Shown here piece by piece: positions 43,219 to 53,234 of a DNA stretch of 64,000 nucleotides. The stretch is from an uncultured Planctomycetaceae bacterium (GTDB lineage: Bacteria; Planctomycetota; Planctomycetia; Isosphaerales; Isosphaeraceae): positions 3,296,001-3,360,000 of the forward strand of contig CAWIAD010000002.1 of assembly GCA_963833985.1 (NCBI GenBank), read 5' to 3'. Numbering within the stretch: the first letter of the stretch is position 1; each line of letters begins with the position of its first letter. The position numbers were made by a program, and so were the translations under genes. The notes beneath the pieces are model-generated. The model saw only the letters and a list, made by a program, of their open reading frames with translations, was not told the origin of the DNA and did not search any database.

Positions 43219-46200
43219 ATGGTCCGCCCCGATTCGAAAGTCTCAGGCGACGACGGCAACCACGCACTTCGCCTGCTCCGCCTGGTCGAGTCGTTCGAGG
43301 ACGGGTGGGTCGCCGGGTCCCCCATTTCCCTGGAGGACTGGCTCGCCACGGTCGCGAGCAGCGCCGACGACAGGGATGAGTTGCTCCGCCACGGCCTGGC
43401 TGTCGAGGTCGCTCACCGCCGGCGCCGGGGCGAGTCTCCGTCGGCCTGCGATTACCTGCACCGCTTCCCGGATCGCCGCTCACTCATCCATGAGGCTCTC
43501 GCCGAGACGCGGCTGCGGCCCGGCTTTGACTCGTGCTGCGAAAGCTGGCCGCACCCCGCCGGCACAGTGATGCAGGCTCTCGACCGATCGGCCGGGCCCA
43601 TGCCCCGCGTCGTGCTGGACGACGCGCCGGGCGACGCCGAAGCCATGGTCCTGCGTCCGTCGCCGCCCGAGCTGCGCGCGACGGCCAGTCCGCCGCGGCT
43701 GCAATTGCTGGGCGAGATCGCCCGCGGCGCCATGGGGGCCGTGCTCAAGGGGTGCGATCCCGACCTCGGCCGCGACCTGGCGGTCAAGGTCTTGCTCGAG
43801 GAGCATCTCCATCGGCCCGACCTGATACGGCGCTTCGTGGAAGAGGCGCAGATCGGCGGCCAGCTCCAGCATCCTGGCATCGTCCCGGTGTACGAGCTGG
43901 GGACCTTCGACGACGCACGGCCTTATTTCACGATGAAGCTGGTCAAGGGGCAGACCCTCGCCGGCTTGCTGGCCATGCGGACGGCTTCCTCGTCCGAGCT
44001 TCCCCGGTTTCTGGAGACGTTCCTCCGTGTGGCCCAGACGGTGGCCTACGCGCATGCGCGGGGCGTGGTCCACCGCGACCTCAAGCCGTTGAATATCATG
44101 GTGGGGAGCTTCGGCGAGGTCCAGGTGATGGACTGGGGCCTGGCCAAGGTCTTGCCCCGCGGTGTTACGGACGACGATCGAGAGGCCGGGGAGGGCCTCG
44201 CGACGGAGACGGCCATCGCGACGACACGGAACGGCTCGGAGGTCGACCGCTCGCGCGCGGGGAGTGTTCTGGGCACGCCTTCCTACATGGCTCCCGAGCA
44301 GGCCAACGGGCAGATCGAGTGGGTGGACGAGCGAGCCGACGTGTTCGCACTGGGGTCGATCCTCTGCGAGATTGTCGCGGGCCGTCCGGCGTACACCGGG
44401 CCGTCCTCGGAGGACGTCCTGCGCACTGCGCGGCGGGCTGATCTCGCGGGTGCCCTGGCCCGGCTGGGATCGTGCGTCGCGGACAATGAGCTGGTGCGGC
44501 TCGTGCGGGACTGCCTCGCTCCGACCAGGGGCGATCGCCTGCGCAACGCGCAAGCTGTCGCCCACCGCATGCAAGCCTACCTCGAGGGTGTTCATCGGCG
44601 GATTCGCGAGGCGGAACTGGCCCGGGCGGCCGAGGCGGCCAGGGCCGAGGAGGCACAGGCGACCGCCCTGGCCGCTGAGGGACGGGCGCGGGCCGAGCGG
44701 CGGGCGCGTCGGATGACCGCAGGATTGGCTGCCACGGTCCTGGTCGCAGTTGCGCTCGGCACCGTCGGCGGAAGGTGGGTGGAGCTGGACCGGATGCGGC
44801 GGCGGGAGTTGATCTCGGCCCGGGTCAATGCGGCATTGCAGGAGGCGACGCGGTTGCGGGGTCAGGCCCAGAGGACGGCCGCCGGTGACCTGACGCCCTG
44901 GGTCCAGGCGCTCGCGGCCGCCGACAAGGCCGGCGGACTGCTGGAGCCGGGCAGCTCCCCGGCGCTCGGGGCGCAGGTCGAGTCCCTGCTGGCCGACATC
45001 ACCGCCGAGAAGCAGGCGGCCGATGCAGCCATCCGCAGCGAGAGGGCCGATCAAGCGTTCATGCAGAGGCTGGTCGAAGTACGATCGAGCGACGCCAGGG
45101 AAGACGACGGTTTGCAGGCCGACGCAGATTTTGCCCGCGCCTTCCGCGAGGCCGGGTTGGACGTCGACGTTCTCTCACCGGCCAAGGCGGGTGCCCGGAT
45201 CCGTGCCCGGCGCGCGGCCGTGGCCGAGGCGATCGTCGCGGCGCTGGACGCCTGGGCGCTCTTGCGACGGTCGTACCGCCGCGACCTGCCCGGCGCGCGC
45301 AGGCTCTCGGAAATCGCGAGTGCCGCCGATCCCGACTCCTGGCGGGTCGGGCTCCGCCGCGCACTCAACCTGGTCGACCGGCCATCACGCAGCCGGGAGC
45401 TCGAGGCCCTCGCCGCGGGCGCGAAGCTCGACACCATACCCGCGATCAATCTGCACCTGCTGGGCACGTCCCTGGCCGATGTCGGTGAGTCGCAGGCGGC
45501 AGAGCATGTTTTGCGGGCAGGGCAGGGGAGGTTCCCCGATGACCTCTGGCTCAACCTCGACCTGGCCTTCTTCCTGTATGCGCACGCGCACTACGAGGAG
45601 GCAATCCGCTATTTTTCGGTCTGCCGTGCCCTGCGCCCGGAGACGGCACTGCCACTGGCAACGTTGCTGGCGAAGCAGGGAGAATTGAATGAGGCCATCT
45701 CGGTCTTCAGCGACCTCCTACGACGGCGCCCTGGCGGCGGGCTTGCCTGGGCCACCTATGGTGGGCTGCTCAAGGAGCGGGGTGATCGCGCAGGGTCGGC
45801 CTCGGCCCTGGAGAAGAGCGTCGCGATCTCGCGCGAGCGCATCCGACTCCGACCCAATGACCCCAGTGCATACGCCGACCTCGGATGCGCGCTCGACTAC
45901 CAGGGGAAGTTGGCGGAGGCGATCGATGCGCATCGGACCGCCGTCCGTCTCCGGCCCGACCTCGCCGTCTATTACATCAACCTCGGTTCGTGCCTGAATG
46001 AATTGCGTAAAGGATCCGATGAGGCGGTTGCTGCGTTTCGCACCGCCGTCCGCCTCCAGCCTGAGAGCGCCGTGGGTCATTTCCACCTCGGCGTCACCCT
46101 GCGGCTCCAGGGAAAGCTGGCGGAGTCGATCGCCGAGTTACGCACCGCAGTCCGCCTCCGGCCCAACGACGCCGTTGCCCACTTCAACCTCGGCCTCGCG

Positions 46201-47049
46201 CTGCAACTCCAGGGGGAGTTGTCGGAGGCGGCCGACATGTATCGGACCGTCATCCGCCTCCGGCCCGATCACGCCCCTGCTCACCTCAACCTCGGGCTCG
46301 TGTTGCAGCACCAGGGGCAACTGACCGATGCCGAGGCTGCATTCCGAGCGGCGATCCGTCTCGAGCCCGGCCTCGCCGAGGCTCATTGCGCCCTGGGCAA
46401 GATGTTCAGTGCGCAGGCCAGATTTGACGAGGCTCTCGCTGAGTTCCGCATGGGTCACCGGCTCGGCTCGAGCCGGCCCGACGGGATTTCCCCCTCGTGG
46501 CAGTGGGTCCGCGATGCCGAGCGCGCGGTGGCCCTGTCGCACCGGCTGCCAGCCGTGCTGAAGGGAGATGACCTCCCCGCAAAGCCTGCCGAATACCTGG
46601 AGTTCGCTCGGCTCTGCGCCCGGATGCACCACCACGTCGCGGCAGCCCGACTCTACGCCGATGCCCTGCGGGCCGAGCCCAGGCTGGCAGACGACCGCCG
46701 CGCCGGTCACGCCTACTTCGCGGCCCGCAACGCCGCACTGGCCGGTTGCGGCCTGAGCGGGGATGTCCCACCTCCGGATGAAGCCGCCCGGGCCAGGCTT
46801 CGCGGCCAGGCACTCGACTGGCTCCGCGGCGAGCTTCGGACCTGGTCCAGGGCCCTTGATGCGTGCAAGCCCGAGGAAAGCGGCGCGATACACCACGCCC
46901 TCGAGCAATGGAAGACCGATCCCGCCCTGGCGGGCCTGCGCGAACCGACGCGGCTGGCAAAGCTCCCGGAGGGAGAGCGCCCGGCCTGGCTTGCCCTGTG
47001 GAGGGACCTCGAGGCTCTGCTTACGAAAGGTCCGGGCGACCGCCCCTAG
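43219..47049 (+). CDS. Membrane Ser/Thr protein kinase with TPR repeats
   Basis: IARGAMGAV, HRDLKPLN, MDWGLAK, YMAPEQ, TM, 34-aa repeats AHFNLGLALQLQG. Confidence 0.93.
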   Translation: MVRPDSKVSGDDGNHALRLLRLVESFEDGWVAGSPISLEDWLATVASSADDRDELLRHGLAVEVAHRRRRGESPSACDYLHRFPDRRSLIHEALAETRLRPGFDSCCESWPHPAGTVMQALDRSAGPMPRVVLDDAPGDAEAMVLRPSPPELRATASPPRLQLLGEIARGAMGAVLKGCDPDLGRDLAVKVLLEEHLHRPDLIRRFVEEAQIGGQLQHPGIVPVYELGTFDDARPYFTMKLVKGQTLAGLLAMRTASSSELPRFLETFLRVAQTVAYAHARGVVHRDLKPLNIMVGSFGEVQVMDWGLAKVLPRGVTDDDREAGEGLATETAIATTRNGSEVDRSRAGSVLGTPSYMAPEQANGQIEWVDERADVFALGSILCEIVAGRPAYTGPSSEDVLRTARRADLAGALARLGSCVADNELVRLVRDCLAPTRGDRLRNAQAVAHRMQAYLEGVHRRIREAELARAAEAARAEEAQATALAAEGRARAERRARRMTAGLAATVLVAVALGTVGGRWVELDRMRRRELISARVNAALQEATRLRGQAQRTAAGDLTPWVQALAAADKAGGLLEPGSSPALGAQVESLLADITAEKQAADAAIRSERADQAFMQRLVEVRSSDAREDDGLQADADFARAFREAGLDVDVLSPAKAGARIRARRAAVAEAIVAALDAWALLRRSYRRDLPGARRLSEIASAADPDSWRVGLRRALNLVDRPSRSRELEALAAGAKLDTIPAINLHLLGTSLADVGESQAAEHVLRAGQGRFPDDLWLNLDLAFFLYAHAHYEEAIRYFSVCRALRPETALPLATLLAKQGELNEAISVFSDLLRRRPGGGLAWATYGGLLKERGDRAGSASALEKSVAISRERIRLRPNDPSAYADLGCALDYQGKLAEAIDAHRTAVRLRPDLAVYYINLGSCLNELRKGSDEAVAAFRTAVRLQPESAVGHFHLGVTLRLQGKLAESIAELRTAVRLRPNDAVAHFNLGLALQLQGELSEAADMYRTVIRLRPDHAPAHLNLGLVLQHQGQLTDAEAAFRAAIRLEPGLAEAHCALGKMFSAQARFDEALAEFRMGHRLGSSRPDGISPSWQWVRDAERAVALSHRLPAVLKGDDLPAKPAEYLEFARLCARMHHHVAAARLYADALRAEPRLADDRRAGHAYFAARNAALAGCGLSGDVPPPDEAARARLRGQALDWLRGELRTWSRALDACKPEESGAIHHALEQWKTDPALAGLREPTRLAKLPEGERPAWLALWRDLEALLTKGPGDRP

Positions 47050-47159
47050 TACGACTCCCCGCTGCGTTCAAGAAGTAGCAGCGTGCGTCGCATGATGGCG
47101 GTGGCCGACGCAACCGGGATGCTGCCGACAGCCTGGAGCCGATGCTGAGGATAAAGGGC

Positions 47160-48302
47160 ATGAACTCCGCAACGACCGCGACCGCCGAAATCAGCCAGGG
47201 CACCTTGGCCCCCGCGGGGACCGACGCCCCGCTCCGCGCCGTGCATACGCTCAATTTCCCGGCGTTGCTGCGCCGGCTGGGCGCCTCGCTCCTGGTCACG
47301 ACCTACCAGGCAGGTAAGCTGGTAATGGTCCGCGACGAGGGCGACCACCTCAACGCCCACTTCCGCACGTTCCCCGCCCCGATGGGGTTGGCCCTGCATG
47401 TTGACCGCCTGTGCATCGGCACCTCGATGCAGATCTGGGAATACCGCGACGTCCCGGCCGTCACGTCCAAACTCGCGCCTCCCGGTCGTCACGACGCCTG
47501 TTTCCTGCCCTGCCGTTGCCACGTCACGGGCAACGTCTCGGTCCACGAGATGGCCTTCGGCGGCGACGAGTTGTGGTTCGTCAACACCCGGTTTTCCTCC
47601 CTTTGCACCCTCGACCCCTCGTCGAGCTTCGTGCCTCGCTGGCGGCCGTCGTTTGTCACGGCCCTGGAGCCGACTGACCGTTGCCACCTCAACGGCCTGG
47701 CGATGGAGGGCGGCCGGCCCCGCTACGTCACGGCGCTGGGCGCCACCGACTCCGCCGCCGGCTGGCGGGCGAACAAGGCAAGGGGCGGCGTGCTGCTGGA
47801 GGTCCCCGGTGGCGAGGTGGTCGTCTCCGGCATGTCGATGCCTCACTCGCCGCGCCTGCACCACGGGCGGCTCTGGGTCTGCGAATCGGGGGCCGGCACG
47901 CTCGGTATCGTCGAACTGAACACCGGGAGATACGAGCCGGTGGTGGCCGTGCCGGGCTTCACCCGCGGCCTGGACTTCGCCGGTGGGATTGCGTTCGTGG
48001 GGATGTCGCAGGTGCGCGAGTCGGCCGTCTTCAGCGGAATCCCAATCACCGAGCGGCTGCCCCAATCGGAGCGGACCTGCGGCGTCTGCGCCGTGGAGCT
48101 GACCAGCGGCAAGGCGGTGGCCTTGCTGCGGTTCGAGTCGGCCGTGCAGGAGGTCTTCGCGGTGCAGGTCCTCCCCGGCCGCCGCTACCCGGACCTGATC
48201 AACGACGACGAGACGCTCTTGCAAAACTCCTTCGTCGTTCCCGACGAGGTTCTTACCGACGTGCCGGCCGCCATGAAGGCGCCCCGACTCCTGCCCCAGT
48301 GA
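47160..48302 (+). CDS. TIGR03032/DUF4915 family protein
   Basis: SLLVTTYQAGKL, FVNTRFSSLCTL, DRCHLNGLA, MPHSPR, VPGFTRGL, VGMSQVRE. Confidence 0.9.
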   Translation: MNSATTATAEISQGTLAPAGTDAPLRAVHTLNFPALLRRLGASLLVTTYQAGKLVMVRDEGDHLNAHFRTFPAPMGLALHVDRLCIGTSMQIWEYRDVPAVTSKLAPPGRHDACFLPCRCHVTGNVSVHEMAFGGDELWFVNTRFSSLCTLDPSSSFVPRWRPSFVTALEPTDRCHLNGLAMEGGRPRYVTALGATDSAAGWRANKARGGVLLEVPGGEVVVSGMSMPHSPRLHHGRLWVCESGAGTLGIVELNTGRYEPVVAVPGFTRGLDFAGGIAFVGMSQVRESAVFSGIPITERLPQSERTCGVCAVELTSGKAVALLRFESAVQEVFAVQVLPGRRYPDLINDDETLLQNSFVVPDEVLTDVPAAMKAPRLLPQ

Positions 48303-48423
48303 GGCTCTTCCCGCTCCTCACCCACGCGCCGGAAAGGCCAAGGGCGAAGAACATAATGACGGATGTACCAACAGAACACGCACGCCACCGTGAACTGTGA
48401 GCGGCCCCATTCGTGCTCCGCCT

Positions 48424-48838
48424 GTCGGGCTCACGCCCGAGGTTGGGGGCTGCGCCCGTGAAAACCACGTGCTGACGCACGTGGCCATGTGCCGCAGAGT
48501 GGCATCGTCCCAGAATGGCCTTGGCGCACCGACCGTAGCAACCCACCGGCTGGCAGGGCCTTGCGTGCGCCGAACCGCACACGCCGTACGACGTCCTGGG
48601 ACGATGCCCGCAGAGTCCATCACGCCCGCGCACGGTGGCGTGCGTCGCGGGCTCCAGGTGTGTCGGGTGTGTCCAGCGCAGCGACGACGCACCGTTTTGC
48701 GTTCCTGGCTTCCTCACTGGTCGGGCTCACGCCCGAGGTTGGGGGCTGCGCCCGTGAAAACCACGTGCTCACGCACGTGGCCATGCGCCGCATAGTCCAT
48801 GGCGCTGGCGCACCTGGCCATGTGCCCGGGCTCCAGGC
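48424..48838 (+). repeat. Two more copies of the hairpin leader plus 37-bp unit element
   Basis: GTCGGGCTCACGCCCGAGGTTGGGGGCTGCGCCCGTGAAAACCACGTGCT..CGCACGTGGCCATG at 48424 and 48720, matching 37977. Confidence 0.9.
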
Positions 48839-48858
48839 GGAGAAGTCATAGTGCACGA

Positions 48859-48980
48859 CCCGGCCCGCAAGGATCTCGTGCCCTGCGACGACGCGGATAC
48901 GGATGCCCCGGCACGCAAGGATTGCGTGCCCTGCGGCGATGCGGATGCGGACGCAGACGCCCCGGCACGCAAGCATCGCC
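48859..48980 (+). repeat. Tandem 48-54 bp repeat (about 2.4 copies)
   Basis: CCCGGC(C/A)CGCAAG(G/C)AT..CGTGCCCTGCG.CGA.GCGGAT.CGGA at 48859, 48907, 48961. Confidence 0.75.
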
Positions 48981-49204
48981 TGCCGTACGAATACACCTGC
49001 CCGACGGCTGGGGGGGAAAATCAAAAATTCCCCCGGATTCCTCCGATTTTTGGCAGTTTCGGTCGGATCCTCATAGATAGACGGCAGATCCCGGCGCATC
49101 GGCCGCGGCTCGCCGAGGGAGGTCGCTCCTCAGGTGAACCGCCGGCCAGGGCCGCTCTGCACACCGCATACACGACCTGCACCAAAAACAAAAAGAGCAA
49201 CATC

Positions 49205-50948
49205 GTGGCCAGTACAGCCCAGATCGCGGCCAATCGCCGCAACGCCGCAAAAAGCACAGGGCCGAAGAGCGACCAGGGCAAGGCCCGCGCCCGGCTCAAC
49301 GCGCTGAGGCATGGCGCCAACGCCCGCATCGCCATCCCCGTCCTGCCACAGGAAGATCCGAAGGAGCTCGCCGAACGGATCTTGCAGTGGACGTTCGAAC
49401 TCGTGCCGCGCAACGACGTCGAACGCACCCTGGTCGGCCATGCCGCACGCCTCGACTGGCAGATCGACCGCGCCGAGCGGGCCGAGACGGCTTACCTCGC
49501 GGCTCGCGTCCACCGCCAGCGCGACCGCGACGAGGCCACGCGGCTGAAGCAGGCCCACATCCTGGGCCGCAAGCTGCTGGACACCCTCGACCCGCGTGAG
49601 CGGTTCGGCAAGGCCGAGTACTACGACGACATGCCCACCGTCTTCCTCACCCGGCTCGAGCAGCTCCCCGAGGGCTGCCGCTGGCTGCTGGCGCGGTGGT
49701 CCGAGTTCCGCAACCTCATCGACGTGCGGGCCGCATGGAGCGAGACCGACCACTACCGGTTCCTGCGGCTCATGGGCAAGAGCTTCCTGGAAGGCATGAT
49801 CGACCCGGCCGCCAACCGCGTATTCCAGGCCGTCGACGCGATCGAACCGGGTCAGGGCCGCGAGCTCTGGGAGCTGTTCCGGAACATGAAAGCCAGTTCC
49901 GGCCCCTATTTCAGCGGCGCGATGCCGTGGCGGCGCTCTCGCGCCCGCCGGCGAACGCGAAAGAGGGCTGGGAGGTCCTCAGCTCGATCGTGGACGAGGC
50001 GATCCACCGGCTGGAAGCGCGGCTCGGCGAGCACGAGGACCTGGAGCAGATCGAAGCCGACGCCGAGCCCGACCGCGCGGTCTTCGCCGCCAGCAAGGCC
50101 GTCGCGGTCCTGCGCAGGCACCAGGGCGCGCTGACCCGCGAGCTGCTGCGCACGCTGACCACGCTGTCGAAGCTGCAAAAAGCCGAGCTCGGCGCCGACA
50201 ACAATAATGAAGCCGACCGCCTCCCCATGCCGGTTGTCCATGAGCCGCAGGTCGACCCGCGCCGGAGCCGGACGCACGTCAACCACACGATGAATCGCGC
50301 GATGGCCGGAATGAAGGGGATGGTGCCGGGATGGCGTCGAGCGGGGGCATCCCGCACGTAAAGGTCTGCAAGACGGTGGGTTGCGCTGCGCTGACCCACC
50401 CTACGGGTGGTGCTTCGCGCGTTTCTCAGAGTATCTTGAACGAAGCCAATGTTTTGGCGATGCAAGTTGAGAGTGGCAAGGAGGATACAGCCGTTGCGGA
50501 GCGCATCCTGCAGCCAGAACGGAGCCAAATCCGTGAGGGCCGGCGGAAGTCGCGGATCGGCCCCGCGCCCGAGCCGGACGCACGTCAACCACACGATGAA
50601 TCGCGCGACGGCCGGAACGAAGGGGATGATTCCGGGATGTCGCCGGGCGGGGGCATCCCGCACGCAAGCGTCTGCAAGCCGGTGGGTTGCGCTGCGCTGA
50701 CCCACCCTACGGGGGGTTCTTCAAGAGTTATTGCGAGTAGCCTGAACGAAGCCAATGATCTGGCGATGCAAGTGGAGAGTGGTAAGGAGGATACAGCCGT
50801 TGCAGAGCGAAACTGCCGGCCAGAACGAACCCAATCGGGCACGCGCCTCGGGCAGGATGCGAATGGAGGGGGCGGAATTGGCGACACGCAAAAAGGGAAT
50901 GGAAAGGAAGATGAGAAGGGCGGCAGAAAACAGAAGATAAAGGGATGA
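49205..50948 (+). CDS. Hypothetical protein of the IAANRRNA..STGP..HG family; frameshifts near 49930 and 50260
   Basis: VASTAQIAANRRNAAKSTGPKSDQGKARARLNALRHG, helical core, low-complexity tail with NEAN/ERTQ motifs. Confidence 0.7.
50265..50835 (+). repeat. 306-bp tandem duplication, each copy holding a GTAG-type REP hairpin
   Basis: GAGCCGGACGCACGTCAACCACACGATGAATCGCG at 50265 and 50571; GGTGGGTTGCGCTGCGCTGACCCACCCTAC at about 50375 and 50681. Confidence 0.9.
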
Positions 50949-51273
50949 GTAGAGGAATGGCTTCACAAGCATCGAGACGGAGGAGCAACGCAGAGGTAGG
51001 AGGAAGCAATAAATTTGACTCGAATGCGGGATCTGCACCGAAGTGGCGCTGAACTTGCGAGAGGCCGGTGCGGAAGGCTCGCTCTTGAGCCAAGCCCTGT
51101 CAGGAGCCCGGGCCGAGGTCACGAAACGGGCATGTGAAGCAAGTTCGTGGTAGAATTCGTGTTTTCGGGGCTTTTCGCTGTCGCGACGGGATGGGTGGGG
51201 CTAGGATACTCGGTGATCTTGCATCTGTCTGTCCGTCAATTCCGGAACCCGCCAAAGTAGAGATCAGAACTTC

Positions 51274-52836
51274 ATGGCCGATATCGTCATCATCAATCCG
51301 CGCTTCGAGGCATCCTACTGGGGCATGGACCACGCCCTGCCGCTATTTGGCAAGTCCGCGAACTTGCCCGTCGCCTGTCTGCCCTTGCTGGCAGCGCTCA
51401 CACCGCCCGAGCACACCGTCACGCTCATCGACGAGAGTGCCGAGCCGATCGACTGGGAGCGTTGCGCTCGGGCCGACATCGTGGGTCTCACCGGCTTGAG
51501 CGTGCAGCGCTTCCGGATGACGGAGATCATCACGGAGCTGAAGAGGCGCGGCTGCTTCGTGGTGGTGGGAGGACCGTGGGTGACGGTGGAGGAGGGATAT
51601 TTCGAGGGGCTGGCCGACGTGGTGTTCATCGGCGAGGCGGAAGAGACCTGGCCGCAGTTTCTCCGCGAGTGGGCCCAAGGGCTGCACCAGATGCGCTACG
51701 AGCAGCTCGAAAAGTCCGACATGACGAAGCTTCCCACGCCGCGGTTCGACCTGCTGAAGATGAACCGGTACGCCTTCGGCAGCCTGCAATTCTCGCGCGG
51801 GTGCCCATTCCAGTGCGAGTTCTGCGACATCATCGTCACGTTCGGGCGGCGGCCCCGGATCAAGACGGCCACGCAGGTCGTGGCCGAGCTGGAGGCCATC
51901 CGCAAGACCGGCCTGCGGATCGTCTTCATCGTGGACGACAACTTCATTGGCAACAAGAAAGCCATCAAGGAGTTGCTCCGCGAAATGATTCTCTGGCAGC
52001 GCCGTAATGGCTACCCGCTGACGCTCTTCACCGAGGCTTCGATTGACCTGGCCGACGATCCCGAGCTGCTCGATCTGATGGTGGAGGCCAACTTCATCTC
52101 GACGTTCGTGGGTATCGAGAGCCCCAGTGAGGAGGCCTTGCGGGAGACGAAGAAGTTCCAGAACGTGCGTGCGGGAGGCACGATGCTGGAGAAGGTGAAG
52201 CGGATCCAGGACGCCGGCATCGAGGTCTGGTGCGGCATGATCATGGGCTTCGACAGCGACGATGCGGGGATCTTCGACCGCCAGATCGAGTTCATCAAGA
52301 ACGGGCGGATCTCGTTCTCGATGTCCGGGATGCTCAGCGCCATTCCCAAGACGCCCTTGCACGACAGGCTGGCGGCGGAAGGCCGGCTCGACCTGGCCGA
52401 CCGGCCGGAATTCGGGACCAACGTGATTCCACTCCAGCTCGGCCGCGAGGAGCTGCTGGAGGGCTATCTGCGCGTGCTGCGAGAGCTGTACGAGCCGGAC
52501 GCCTACTTCGGGCGCACCGACGCGCTGTTCATGACGCCCGGGTTCGAAATCGGCATCACCAAGAAGCGGCGCTGGTGGACCATCTCGTCGCGCTGGCTGA
52601 TTTCCGAGGTTCGGAGCGGCATCGAGAGCGTGGGCCTGATCATCCGCCTGATGACGCATGTGCCGGACCCATCGTTGCGGAAGCTCTACCGGCAGCGGCT
52701 CTGGGACTTTTTGAAAGTGCATCGCCGGCCCGGACTGCTGCTTCATTACCTGGTTCACCTGGCAATGCACTACCACGTTTCCAAGCTGACCCACGACATG
52801 ACGACGAGGCAGTCACAACTCGTGAACTCGTTTTGA
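51274..52836 (+). CDS. B12-binding radical SAM enzyme (DUF4070/HpnP-like family)
   Basis: N-terminal B12 domain (VVVGGPW, FIGEAE), SRGCPFQCEFC, VDDNFIGN, FTEAS, GFDSD. Confidence 0.92.
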   Translation: MADIVIINPRFEASYWGMDHALPLFGKSANLPVACLPLLAALTPPEHTVTLIDESAEPIDWERCARADIVGLTGLSVQRFRMTEIITELKRRGCFVVVGGPWVTVEEGYFEGLADVVFIGEAEETWPQFLREWAQGLHQMRYEQLEKSDMTKLPTPRFDLLKMNRYAFGSLQFSRGCPFQCEFCDIIVTFGRRPRIKTATQVVAELEAIRKTGLRIVFIVDDNFIGNKKAIKELLREMILWQRRNGYPLTLFTEASIDLADDPELLDLMVEANFISTFVGIESPSEEALRETKKFQNVRAGGTMLEKVKRIQDAGIEVWCGMIMGFDSDDAGIFDRQIEFIKNGRISFSMSGMLSAIPKTPLHDRLAAEGRLDLADRPEFGTNVIPLQLGREELLEGYLRVLRELYEPDAYFGRTDALFMTPGFEIGITKKRRWWTISSRWLISEVRSGIESVGLIIRLMTHVPDPSLRKLYRQRLWDFLKVHRRPGLLLHYLVHLAMHYHVSKLTHDMTTRQSQLVNSF

Positions 52837-53234
52837 CATACGAACAATCCCAAGGCGACCTGTCCATTTCCGAGCGGTTGAGTGCTTTCCGGCCAAGCAC
52901 CTTGACGCGATCAGCGGGCATCGGCTAACTTGCCGTACCGCCCCGGTGATGGGTTTGCTCGCGGATCCCAGGTTCCGCAACGGCAGCGGAAAAATCCCCC
53001 GTTCCGGCGATCGACAGGAAGACCACTGTCCTATGATCTCGGTTGGAATGGGCTGGATGAGCTCCGCCCGTGACTCTTCGAGAACCTCCGTCCTTGCTCG
53101 AATTCCTCAGCCAACCCGAGTATCCGACGCCGGATCCTCGTGACTCGCCCTGACTGAAATGATGCTCTCACCCTGTGAAGACACCATGGGACCCTGTCCC
53201 TGCGACATTCTTCGACTCTCAGAAAAGGTTGATC

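Noticed and set aside
45840..46450. 102-bp DNA repeats as a DGR or array
   Set aside because: They are the 34-aa TPR repeats of the kinase; no reverse transcriptase or adenine-specific variation seen
14086..52794. Long antisense or alternate-frame ORFs (for example 14086..16161-, 32732..34678-, 37065..38870-, 51343..52794-)
   Set aside because: Shadows of real genes in high-GC DNA; no recognisable motifs
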